From a virus: a DNA stretch of 50,946 bases. The notes beneath the pieces are model-generated. The model saw only the letters and a list, made by a program, of their open reading frames with translations, did no database searches and was not told the origin of the DNA. The stretch spans positions 1-50,946 of the IMG/VR virus record IMGVR_UViG_3300039098_000131. One strand, written 5' to 3'. Below, in pieces: positions 24,240 to 32,427 of this stretch. Position 1 is the first letter of the stretch. Every line of letters starts with the position of its first letter. The translations under genes were made by a program, and so were the position numbers.

Positions 24240-26236
24240 GCAGAACAGATAATGTTGGGTTGTTTTGGCAGGATGTGGCACCAAAAAAGGGTGGTGCAGT
24301 CAGGGAAATGCCCAAAATTCCGAAAACTGGTTGGAAGGCTCCTAAGGAGTTTCCCAACCTTTCGTCGTGTAAAATACTGGCGCTCGATACTGAGACAAAG
24401 GACCCAAATTTACTCACACATGGCCCGGGCTGGGCTCGCGGTGATGGGCATATAGTAGGGGTCTCAATTGCTGCGGATGAGAAAAATGCCTGGTACTTTC
24501 CAATGAGGCATGAGGTTCAACCAAAGCACAACATGAAACCGAAAAAAGTGCTGGCCTGGCTAAAGACCGTTCTGGAAAAACCAGGTGTTAAAAAGCTAGG
24601 CGCCAATTTACAATACGACTTGGGTTGGCTGTGGTATGAGGGTGTGAAAGTAGCCGGCCCGTTTATAGATGTTTTGTTCGCTGAGGCATTAATAAATGAG
24701 TCCAAGTTCAAGTACGACCTTGACACAACGGCAAAAGATTACTTGCATGTCGGTAAAGAAACAAACAAACTTTACAGGTGGTGCGCCCGTTTTTACGGGG
24801 GGAAGATCGATCAATCACAAAGGGCGAACATTTACAGGTCCCCCCCTCGATTAGTAGGCCCTTATGCTGAAGGAGATACGACGTTACCTTTCGAAATTTG
24901 GAAACAACAACGTAAGATATTGAAAAATGAAAAACTCAAGGAGGTCTTCAATCTAGAGGCAAGATTAATACCCTTAATGCTTGACATAAGAAAACGTGGC
25001 GTCCGTGTCGATATTGACAAGGCTGAGCGTGCAAGTAAAATGTTACTTAAACGTGAGGAGGATTTCCAGCAACAGATTAAAGCAATTTGTGGATCATACA
25101 TAAATGTAAATGCATCCGAGTCAATCAAAACCGCTTTCGAATACCTTGGCCTGAGTTATAACAAAACGGAAAAGGGGAACCCATCGTTCACAGCGGCGTT
25201 CCTCAAAGATCATCCCCACCCTGTAGCGCAGTTAATAGTCAAGTCCAGGCAAGTAGCCAAAGCACGGTCTACATTTCTTGAGGGTTACATCCTCGATAAA
25301 AATATAAACGGGAGGATTTATTGTGAGTTCCCACAGCTCAAGGGGGACGGAGGCGGTACAGTTAGCGGCCGCTTTTCGTCACGCAACCCAAATCTTCAAA
25401 ACATTCCAGCGCGAGACCCGGAATCTAAACGAATCATTAGAGGCTGCTTCTTGCCAGACGAAGGATTCGACCTCTGGGGAAGTTCGGATCTTAGCCAAAT
25501 CGAATACCGATTCCTCGCCCACTTCGCCATGGGGCAAGGAGCAAAAATAGTCCGGGAGATGTACCGGAAAGACCCTGAGACCGATTTCCATGAAGCAATC
25601 AAGATAATGATCCATGAGATTGTCAATGTGTTGCTGTCAAGGAAAAACACCAAAAGCATTAACTTTGGTTTAGTATACGGAATGGGGAAAGCGACACTAG
25701 CAGGAAACCTTGGCGTTGGCCGTGGTAAAGCAAATGCCCTAATGAGTGCATACCATACGGCGGTACCATTCGTCCGGGCTACATTCAATCACTATATGGA
25801 ACAAGCACAGATCCATGGTGTTGTCACCACAATTCTTGGCAGGCGTTCAAGATTCAAGTTGTGGGAAAGTGCTCATGATTACGGTTCACCAGCGCTTCCT
25901 TACAATGTGGCATACAAAATTTATGGTCCCGGGGATATGAAACGGGCCTACACCCACAAAACTCTTAATCGCCTGCTCCAAGGTAGCGCTGCCGATTACA
26001 TGAAAATGGCAATGCTCAAGATGTACGAGTCCGGGGTTTTTGATGCAATGGGAGGCGTTCCTCACCTAACGGTTCACGATGAAATAGACTTTTCCTTTAA
26101 TGAGGGGGACACAGAAGCGCTCCTGGAAATGCGTCATATAATGAATAATGCAATGAAATTAAAGGTACCAATCCTTTCCGATTTCAAAGCTGGTCACAAT
26201 TGGGGTGAGATAGAAGATTATGCAATCGCGGCTTAG
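24236..26236 (+). CDS. Family A DNA polymerase with 3'-5' exonuclease domain
   Basis: Exo I LALDTETKD. Polymerase motifs RNPNLQNIP, DLSQIEYRFLAHF (motif A), RKNTKSINFGLVYGMG (motif B) and LTVHDEIDF (motif C). Confidence 0.93.
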   Translation: MSRTDNVGLFWQDVAPKKGGAVREMPKIPKTGWKAPKEFPNLSSCKILALDTETKDPNLLTHGPGWARGDGHIVGVSIAADEKNAWYFPMRHEVQPKHNMKPKKVLAWLKTVLEKPGVKKLGANLQYDLGWLWYEGVKVAGPFIDVLFAEALINESKFKYDLDTTAKDYLHVGKETNKLYRWCARFYGGKIDQSQRANIYRSPPRLVGPYAEGDTTLPFEIWKQQRKILKNEKLKEVFNLEARLIPLMLDIRKRGVRVDIDKAERASKMLLKREEDFQQQIKAICGSYINVNASESIKTAFEYLGLSYNKTEKGNPSFTAAFLKDHPHPVAQLIVKSRQVAKARSTFLEGYILDKNINGRIYCEFPQLKGDGGGTVSGRFSSRNPNLQNIPARDPESKRIIRGCFLPDEGFDLWGSSDLSQIEYRFLAHFAMGQGAKIVREMYRKDPETDFHEAIKIMIHEIVNVLLSRKNTKSINFGLVYGMGKATLAGNLGVGRGKANALMSAYHTAVPFVRATFNHYMEQAQIHGVVTTILGRRSRFKLWESAHDYGSPALPYNVAYKIYGPGDMKRAYTHKTLNRLLQGSAADYMKMAMLKMYESGVFDAMGGVPHLTVHDEIDFSFNEGDTEALLEMRHIMNNAMKLKVPILSDFKAGHNWGEIEDYAIAA

Positions 26237-26429
26237 TTCAGCATTTGAAGTGTTCCTAAACTACGTCACCGGGATATTGGTGGCGTGGGTAATAACTATT
26301 TTCCTATTGCCACTTTTCGGGTTTCAGGTTACAGCAACACAAGCATGGGAAATAACCCTAATCTTTACCTTTACCAGCGTTATTCGGTCATACATTTTCC
26401 GCCGAATATTTAATAAACTAGCAAAGTAA
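26220..26429 (+). CDS. Small two-TM membrane protein
   Basis: Hydrophobic helices GILVAWVITIFLLPLFGF and AWEITLIFTFTSVI, with a basic tail. Confidence 0.55.
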   Translation: MQSRLSSAFEVFLNYVTGILVAWVITIFLLPLFGFQVTATQAWEITLIFTFTSVIRSYIFRRIFNKLAK

Positions 26430-26431
26430 TT

Positions 26432-26484
26432 GGTGCAGCATAACCGTTCTCGGGATAATATGTAGTCATCAAATCGAGAACAAA
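26432..26484 (+). promoter_or_regulatory. Repeated promoter-like element, copy P6
   Basis: GGTGC-N15-GGGATAATATGT (12-mer identical to P1) followed by AGTCATCAAATCGAGAACAAA. Confidence 0.55.
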
Positions 26485-26497
26485 TAAACAAGAGGAC

Positions 26498-26854
26498 ATG
26501 ATGGCTACTTATCGTAAAGACCGGGAAGAAAGAGAAAAGCGTTTTTCAAGTGATAAAAAATACTTTCGCTTTGTTTATCTTGGGACAAAGAAAATAGATA
26601 ACGGCTGTGGTATGTTGGTCGCTGGGCACTTCGGGACTCTTATCAACGAGCGCCTTGAAATGAAGAAGGAACAGGACGCCAGAGCAAACCGTCACTGGTG
26701 CCACACATATCCTGCCCATGAATTTGAGGCACGAACAAAGGAACAGCTTTGGGAAGGCATAGGTGAGTACATCAAGAATTATAGGACACCGACTAAAGGG
26801 GCTATCCTAACCTGCAATGGGAGACAATACAGCATACCGGGGGTAACCGAATAA
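26498..26854 (+). CDS. Hypothetical protein
   Basis: 118-aa ORF with a GAGGA RBS. Confidence 0.55.
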   Translation: MMATYRKDREEREKRFSSDKKYFRFVYLGTKKIDNGCGMLVAGHFGTLINERLEMKKEQDARANRHWCHTYPAHEFEARTKEQLWEGIGEYIKNYRTPTKGAILTCNGRQYSIPGVTE

Positions 26855-27081
26855 TGGATAACTACCGAGCGATTGAGCAGTTTATAAAAAAGGAGCAACC
26901 TAGGTTAGTTCGGGTGACCTTTACACGGGGAACGTTTATAATACACATTATGGAATTTCCCGTTGAAGAAACTGCCACGCACTACGCAGGCGTAAACAAA
27001 GAAGGAAGACTTACCCCTTTCATTATCAGTGCAATAGACAAAGTAAATTTTGCAGACTACACATTAGAGGCAATAAGATGA
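26854..27081 (+). CDS. Hypothetical protein
   Basis: 75-aa ORF, TAATG coupling. Confidence 0.5.
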   Translation: MDNYRAIEQFIKKEQPRLVRVTFTRGTFIIHIMEFPVEETATHYAGVNKEGRLTPFIISAIDKVNFADYTLEAIR

Positions 27082-27470
27082 TTTATCCAGAGGCTACAGT
27101 AATTTGTCAGAAATGCGACGAAGTGATCTATACCACACTGAAAAAGGAAACCATTAAGTGCCCATGTGGTGAAAAAATCCAAGTTCGTGAGCCAGGGGAC
27201 GAAAATATAATCCGTGCATATAATGCAAATAGTGTTGGTGAAGCTGTGGCTGAGGCCATCAAAAAGGTAACGCCTGTAAAGGCTGCGCCAAAGAAACGCA
27301 AAGCAGGTGCAACAACGATAGCCCGTGAATACTACGAGCGATGCTACAAAGATTTCAAAAAGGGTAAACTTGATCGTAAAGAAATAGTTAACCACGTTAT
27401 AAACGAACTCGGGGTAAATAAAGGCACAGCCGGGGTTCAGTGGAGCAAATTCATAAAATCAAAGGGGTAA
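27078..27470 (+). CDS. Zinc-ribbon protein with a helical C-terminal domain (possible regulator)
   Basis: CQKC-x15-CPCG, a K-rich linker, then a helix-rich C-terminus. A regulatory role is speculative. Confidence 0.45.
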   Translation: MIYPEATVICQKCDEVIYTTLKKETIKCPCGEKIQVREPGDENIIRAYNANSVGEAVAEAIKKVTPVKAAPKKRKAGATTIAREYYERCYKDFKKGKLDRKEIVNHVINELGVNKGTAGVQWSKFIKSKG

Positions 27471-27474
27471 TACC

Positions 27475-27726
27475 ATGGCCAGCAAAGCACAAAAAGCGAA
27501 AGCAGAAAGCATTGAGTTAATGACCGAACTTTTCGGCGAACCGGACAGGTGGGGTCATTTTAAAATGGATGTACTGGGTGACCTCCGAAGAATTAAGTGC
27601 CAGAAAATCTCGTGGCGATATGAAACCAAGATTGGAAAAAACTGGGTGCGTAGCCTGAGCTCCAACTATACCGCCAAGAATTCCAACGACTTGCTTCAAA
27701 CCATAAAACGGGGGACGCTGTTATGA
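27475..27726 (+). CDS. Hypothetical protein
   Basis: 83-aa ORF. Confidence 0.5.
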   Translation: MASKAQKAKAESIELMTELFGEPDRWGHFKMDVLGDLRRIKCQKISWRYETKIGKNWVRSLSSNYTAKNSNDLLQTIKRGTLL

Positions 27727-27935
27727 GGAAGCATTTTAGGGCACTTTTCCTTTTGTTTGGATTCACCACCGCTTTGCTTTTCGCTGGGTGGCTTGAGTTG
27801 AAGGACATGGTCGAGGGGGCTAAGACAGTAATTGAAAATGCCGAGTGTGATAACTCCCGGGTAAACGAATTGCTAGACCTGGGATATGACGAAACCCAAT
27901 TAAAAAGAGTATGTGGAGAAAACCCAAATGACTAG
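27723..27935 (+). CDS. Small membrane-anchored protein
   Basis: N-terminal hydrophobic segment ALFLLFGFTTALLFAGWL. Confidence 0.5.
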   Translation: MRKHFRALFLLFGFTTALLFAGWLELKDMVEGAKTVIENAECDNSRVNELLDLGYDETQLKRVCGENPND

Positions 27936-28254
27936 CAAAGAATTAGTAATCGAGTTAATGACTAAAACCCGGGATGAGTTTGCAAAAAATGCTAACGAGG
28001 TTACCGGGATTCCTGAGGAGGTATTCAGCACCTCGGATAAGATGTTAGTTGACGTTATTTTAAGCCAAATGCCCGAAGAGGTCATGGACAAGGCTGTTAC
28101 TCACCTAGGGCTACGGCTCAGGACCATTCTAAATATCGCTGCAAAGGAGGGGCTCAAGGGTTCAAGGCCTAGCCCAAAGGCATCAGATGGAATGGATGAT
28201 GAAATGATGGTGAGAATACTTTCTAATATGGATGACGAAACACCGGTTCAATAA
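27928..28254 (+). CDS. Hypothetical protein (last gene of the plus arm)
   Basis: ATG at 27928 with GGAG upstream. 108 aa. Confidence 0.5.
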   Translation: MTSKELVIELMTKTRDEFAKNANEVTGIPEEVFSTSDKMLVDVILSQMPEEVMDKAVTHLGLRLRTILNIAAKEGLKGSRPSPKASDGMDDEMMVRILSNMDDETPVQ

Positions 28255-28260
28255 AACAAA

Positions 28261-28289
28261 GGGGTGAACCTAATTGCTAGGAACACCCC
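28261..28289. terminator. Hairpin at the convergence point of the two arms (bidirectional terminator candidate)
   Basis: GGGGTG (28261..28266) pairs with CACCCC (28284..28289), with an inner CCTA/TAGG pairing. It lies between the stops at 28254 (+) and 28296 (-). Confidence 0.45.
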
Positions 28290-28295
28290 AAACTC

Positions 28296-28712
28296 CTATC
28301 CCCGCCAGCCGCCTCCTCCCCTGCTGTCCAAGTGAATAAAATTTTTATAAAGCTTTATACCTAAATGCCCACGATACTTATTGGCAAGGTAGGTATACGC
28401 CTCATGTAACCCAACGTGGGTGGCGCCAACCTGAAAGTCAGCAGCCCTACCAATAAGATGCTGCGACTTTGAGGAATATGGGACGTAGAACGGGTTGCTC
28501 CTTTTCTGTACCTCTTCGTTGTATTCTACACAACGATTACCACTAGTAATGTTTATGAGCACCGGTTGCCCTGTCTCGGCTCTTTGGATTTTACTTAAAT
28601 ACTCATGTAGGTCAACGAGAACGTCCATTAACTTACAATCCACGGTGTCCTGACCGCACCCGCACTTACACTCAAACTCCCAGCGACTGAACTTAGCTGC
28701 TAGATCACCCAT
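28296..28712 (-). CDS. Endolysin, peptidase M15 family (zinc D-Ala-D-Ala carboxypeptidase-like)
   Basis: SQHLIGRAADF ... FIHLD gives the H..D...H zinc ligands of M15A/YcbK-like enzymes. The N-terminus has a CKCGCG motif typical of the family. Confidence 0.78.
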   Translation of the reverse strand: MGDLAAKFSRWEFECKCGCGQDTVDCKLMDVLVDLHEYLSKIQRAETGQPVLINITSGNRCVEYNEEVQKRSNPFYVPYSSKSQHLIGRAADFQVGATHVGLHEAYTYLANKYRGHLGIKLYKNFIHLDSRGGGGWRG

Positions 28713-29061
28713 TGACTACCTCCGGTGGTTTGTTCGCCTCTTCGGCAACTTTAACTTTTGCAGCACCATTATCCCTGACAGCTTTTACCAACGACCGCCC
28801 TGCTGTATACAGGCCACCAAGAGCGGTTACATAAAAGGCCAGATCCTTTGACCCGCTTTGTGCAACGGCTGCAACGTTTTTCCCAGCTGTAACGGCATCC
28901 CCTGCTGAGTTAAGCACAACCTTGTTACCTAGCATTCCGCCAATGGTGTCAAGGTCTAGGCCTAACGCCTGTGCCGCTACCACTGCAACACAAATGTAAA
29001 TTACTTTAAGTTCGGATTTTGTTTCACCCATTTCTTCCTCCTGTAGTTTTCCTTTGTTCAT
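28705..29061 (-). CDS. Membrane protein, holin candidate
   Basis: Hydrophobic segments VIYICVAVVAAQALGL and LAFYVTALGGLYTAG. Immediately upstream of the endolysin. Confidence 0.4.
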   Translation of the reverse strand: MNKGKLQEEEMGETKSELKVIYICVAVVAAQALGLDLDTIGGMLGNKVVLNSAGDAVTAGKNVAAVAQSGSKDLAFYVTALGGLYTAGRSLVKAVRDNGAAKVKVAEEANKPPEVVNG

Positions 29062-29497
29062 TATCTTGGTGCTGACTTAGCATTTTAACAAGCTGCGTTA
29101 ACTGCCCTTTCAATTCTCCGAGGTCTGAAAGGACCCGCATGTAACGGTCATCCATTACCCGGATGTCACCTCGCATTGTAGACAACTTGCCCGTGTTTTC
29201 ATTAACCAAGCGGTGTAGTTTATTGTGCTCATCAATGTTGGTCAACTTTAGATCCGCTATCTTATCAGACTCGACTTTAACCACAGCCGGAATCATTTTA
29301 GAAGCGGATGCAATGTGCATACTGGTAAACATGAAACTAGCACCAAGAATAGCGAGGGCTACTAACCCTGCTATTTTGGCCTGACCTCTGAATGCAATTG
29401 ATTGATCTCGTTCCAGGAAAAGGAGGGTAATCTCATCCTTGTTAACACAAGCACAATTTTCCCTCCTTTCTGGCCCGTTGTATTCCCCGGGCATCAA
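29024..29497 (-). CDS. Single-pass membrane protein with a coiled-coil ectodomain (i-spanin-like)
   Basis: TM helix IAGLVALAILGASFMFTSMHIA followed by a heptad-like region. Lies in the lysis cassette. Confidence 0.4.
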   Translation of the reverse strand: MMPGEYNGPERRENCACVNKDEITLLFLERDQSIAFRGQAKIAGLVALAILGASFMFTSMHIASASKMIPAVVKVESDKIADLKLTNIDEHNKLHRLVNENTGKLSTMRGDIRVMDDRYMRVLSDLGELKGQLTQLVKMLSQHQDNEQRKTTGGRNG

Positions 29498-29503
29498 GCC
29501 TCC

Positions 29504-30037
29504 TTACTCAGCTGTTACCTCCATAGGTGGGGCGTATGGAATTTCGGTAGTTGTAGTTGTTGTTGGATTATAGGATTTATAAGGCCCGTGGTACTGAGTC
29601 TGAGCAGTATCCAAAGAATGCTTTCCGTAATCGGTCAGGAAGTAAGCGCCAAGGCCAAAGGTAACAGCATCAATAACCTTGTCAGCTGTATTCCAACCAC
29701 GATGATCCGGTGGCCTTGTTTCCAGGTCTTGCTTGAACTCAAGTTCAGGCCTGAAAGTAATCTTTTTAGGAAGCAAAGCTGAAAGAGTTGGGGACAATTT
29801 GACCATCTCCATTTCCATGTTAAAACCTGAATCCTTATAGGAAGCTTTCTTTGCTTTTGCCCTTGCCAAGTGCGGTTGCATATAAATCCAATCCCTCTGT
29901 ACTGCTGCACCTGTTAGCTCGGTAGTGAGCTTGCCTGCTGTATCATACAGTTTCAGGGTACTGGTCTCAGTTCCGCCTAGACAACCCGTCAAAACCACTG
30001 GCGCCATAGCCATACATATTGCTGCTCTAATTCCCAT
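29504..30037 (-). CDS. Lipoprotein (o-spanin or surface-exclusion candidate)
   Basis: The signal peptide ends in the lipobox VLTGC. The T-rich, P-rich C-terminus reads PTTTTTTEIPYAPP. Confidence 0.55.
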   Translation of the reverse strand: MGIRAAICMAMAPVVLTGCLGGTETSTLKLYDTAGKLTTELTGAAVQRDWIYMQPHLARAKAKKASYKDSGFNMEMEMVKLSPTLSALLPKKITFRPELEFKQDLETRPPDHRGWNTADKVIDAVTFGLGAYFLTDYGKHSLDTAQTQYHGPYKSYNPTTTTTTEIPYAPPMEVTAE

Positions 30038-30072
30038 CTTTTCTTCCTCTAGTTATGGTTATTGAATAGTGC

Positions 30073-30471
30073 TTACAGCACCTTGAAAGCCCTTATCCTT
30101 ACCGTTCCAGTAAAACCGCTAAACCCAACAATGCCACACTTGGTGAAATTAAGGGTATCCGTAATTATCTCAGTGTAAGGTCCTGGAACCGTGTATTGAA
30201 CAGATCCAACGGTACCCATTACCCTTGGCTTAACATTTCCGGCTGTTCTTTCCAGCAACATAATGGATACCTTTACCGTATCGCCTACGCTGACGAGTGA
30301 GTTTATAGTAACGCCAGTATTGTTAACGGCAGTGGCTGTCCAGGTTCCGTCCCCGTTATACACCCAACCCGCTTCCCCGGTTGCGTCGGCATCGACCCAC
30401 AAGTTATTGATCTCCTCATACCGAGCTTTTCTTTTCTTTTGTCGAAACCAATTCCAAAATCGTAGTCCCAT
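30073..30471 (-). CDS. Hypothetical small beta-rich protein (tail accessory?)
   Basis: 132-aa ORF downstream of the tail fibre genes. Confidence 0.45.
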   Translation of the reverse strand: MGLRFWNWFRQKKRKARYEEINNLWVDADATGEAGWVYNGDGTWTATAVNNTGVTINSLVSVGDTVKVSIMLLERTAGNVKPRVMGTVGSVQYTVPGPYTEIITDTLNFTKCGIVGFSGFTGTVRIRAFKVL

Positions 30472-30483
30472 TGATTACTCCAG

Positions 30484-31380
30484 TTAGTATTCCACAATGT
30501 GGCCTTCCAGGACGACGGTCAGGTTAACTAGGTCGGTCAAGTCGTCCTGCACTATCATTCCTAGTTGCCCAAATTGGTCAATCCTTATTGCCACGCCCAT
30601 TTTATTTTGCCCGTTGAAAGTGAGCCTCCAAGCAAAACCGTTTATTCCCTGATTAGGGTGACTAGCGGAGTAAGCAGCCCAGTCGTACCCCAATAAGGCA
30701 AGATCGCTGTTTTTCTTTAACCCGAAAAGGTTATCAATCCTATCAGTTGTTTGGTGTCTGAACAGCAGGCCTCTTTCCAGGCCTCCAATAATATCACCAA
30801 ATTTGTTCAAATCAACTGCTCCGCTACACTCGCAGACCATCATTAGTCGGGTAATATCAATGGAGGACGGAACTGACGGGCTTCCGGTCCTGAGGTGAAA
30901 GTGTACCGGGGTGATGCTCCCGTCCACCGCCATGTTTATGTTGCTAACGGTAACCTCACTTCCAAGTTCATAAGCGTAATCTATGGCGTAGTCCAAGGTG
31001 ATAACGTTACCGGCATCTATGTTAAGCACAGTCCCTGAATAATAGGCGTTGTGGGCTGCGTTTATTATCCGGATATGATCGCCAACGGTAATGCCCACAA
31101 CTGAGTCCACAACTATTACATATCCGTTTACTATTGCAACGGCTGAAAGCGCGGTTGTAGCTAAGAGTTGCGCTAGCGGGAGTATCAACAGATCAGACGT
31201 TTGGTCCTGGATGTAAACGTCGAAGCTTTCGTTGGTCACATTTACATCCGCTTCGTTGGTAACAGTGACATCTAGGTTGTCGTTTAATACAGTGACATCC
31301 TTCTGCTTTCCTGTACCTCTGGATACCACGGGAGGTCTTACTATGTTTGGTTTTACGGGTGGTCCGTCCTTTGCCATCAT
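30484..31380 (-). CDS. Hypothetical structural protein
   Basis: 298-aa ORF. The N-terminus has the repetitive segment DVTVLNDNLDVTVTNEADVNVTNESFDV. Confidence 0.5.
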   Translation of the reverse strand: MMAKDGPPVKPNIVRPPVVSRGTGKQKDVTVLNDNLDVTVTNEADVNVTNESFDVYIQDQTSDLLILPLAQLLATTALSAVAIVNGYVIVVDSVVGITVGDHIRIINAAHNAYYSGTVLNIDAGNVITLDYAIDYAYELGSEVTVSNINMAVDGSITPVHFHLRTGSPSVPSSIDITRLMMVCECSGAVDLNKFGDIIGGLERGLLFRHQTTDRIDNLFGLKKNSDLALLGYDWAAYSASHPNQGINGFAWRLTFNGQNKMGVAIRIDQFGQLGMIVQDDLTDLVNLTVVLEGHIVEY

Positions 31381-31386
31381 TCCCCC

Positions 31387-31575
31387 TTATACGTTTACTA
31401 CTCTAATATCTTTTGGTGTTTCAGCTCGGCGTTGGACTATATTTGCCTCCACCATTACCGATGCTCCGACACCGAACCCTTTGTCGCAATAAACCAAGCG
31501 CTCCTTTCCGCTTGCAGATTTAACTTTTACGTGGGTCTCAGATATAACTCTCGAAATTGTTAGTATCTCAGCCAT
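31387..31575 (-). CDS. Hypothetical protein
   Basis: 62-aa ORF. Confidence 0.4.
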   Translation of the reverse strand: MAEILTISRVISETHVKVKSASGKERLVYCDKGFGVGASVMVEANIVQRRAETPKDIRVVNV

Positions 31576-31882
31576 CGCTTAGCCTCTCAGTCTCAATGCT
31601 AGTTTGAATTTGAAGGGAGTCAGGAGTCAGCAACATATTGAACTCAATCCCTGTCAGGATACCACCGACTATTTCGCCCTCCCTTGTATTCACCAGGATA
31701 GGAACGTTGTAGTCTGGGATACTTTTCTTAACAAGGGTAGCGGTTGACAAAGCCCGGTCTGAGTCGTTGGCGTTTATAAACTGCGTCCCCCTATGGATTT
31801 TAGAAATATCATCTGTGAGTATTGCACTCACGATTCCATCCGCTGGCCTGTCCCCGGGAAGTCGTTGAACTATTAAAGACAT
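31568..31882 (-). CDS. Hypothetical protein
   Basis: 104-aa ORF. Confidence 0.45.
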   Translation of the reverse strand: MSLIVQRLPGDRPADGIVSAILTDDISKIHRGTQFINANDSDRALSTATLVKKSIPDYNVPILVNTREGEIVGGILTGIEFNMLLTPDSLQIQTSIETERLSDG

Positions 31883-31890
31883 GTTCCCCC

Positions 31891-32427
31891 CTATGATACC
31901 GTGATATAGAATACCACGTTAAAAGTGTAGCCGCCGTCAACAAGCATGTTGCTGTCAATGGTGACTTTGAAAAGCTTTACCGTGTGATCTATCGACACTG
32001 CCGCCCTGAAAGGAACGTAGTTTACGTCCCCGGTTAATGTGGTTATACCTTTACTGTCAGTCTCACCCGTCGCCACTCCTGAATACCCAATGGTATTATA
32101 AGTGTAAGAACCAACAACCGGAAGTTGCAGGGTGGTGGGCTTATCCGGATCGTTGCTTTTGAATAATTGCTCAATTTCTCGGGTCCTGGACGAAGTCCCT
32201 GCTTCTGAGATTGTTCCTGCGGTTGACCTTACGTCGTCAATCACTACGTTGTTAGAATGGTTGATTGCTATGTAGACTGTGTCACCCTTCAACCATTTTG
32301 CCTTGTCAACCCCATATAGGCTTATTTTCAAATCTTCGTCTATCTGGGAATCGAAGAGGTAGGAGGCCCCCTCCTGGGAGCCACTATTAAGGTGAACTAC
32401 TACTGTTTCTTCGCTCATGTTATACAA
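31891..32427 (-). CDS. Hypothetical tail-associated protein
   Basis: 178-aa ORF overlapping the end of the giant tail gene. Confidence 0.45.
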   Translation of the reverse strand: MYNMSEETVVVHLNSGSQEGASYLFDSQIDEDLKISLYGVDKAKWLKGDTVYIAINHSNNVVIDDVRSTAGTISEAGTSSRTREIEQLFKSNDPDKPTTLQLPVVGSYTYNTIGYSGVATGETDSKGITTLTGDVNYVPFRAAVSIDHTVKLFKVTIDSNMLVDGGYTFNVVFYITVS

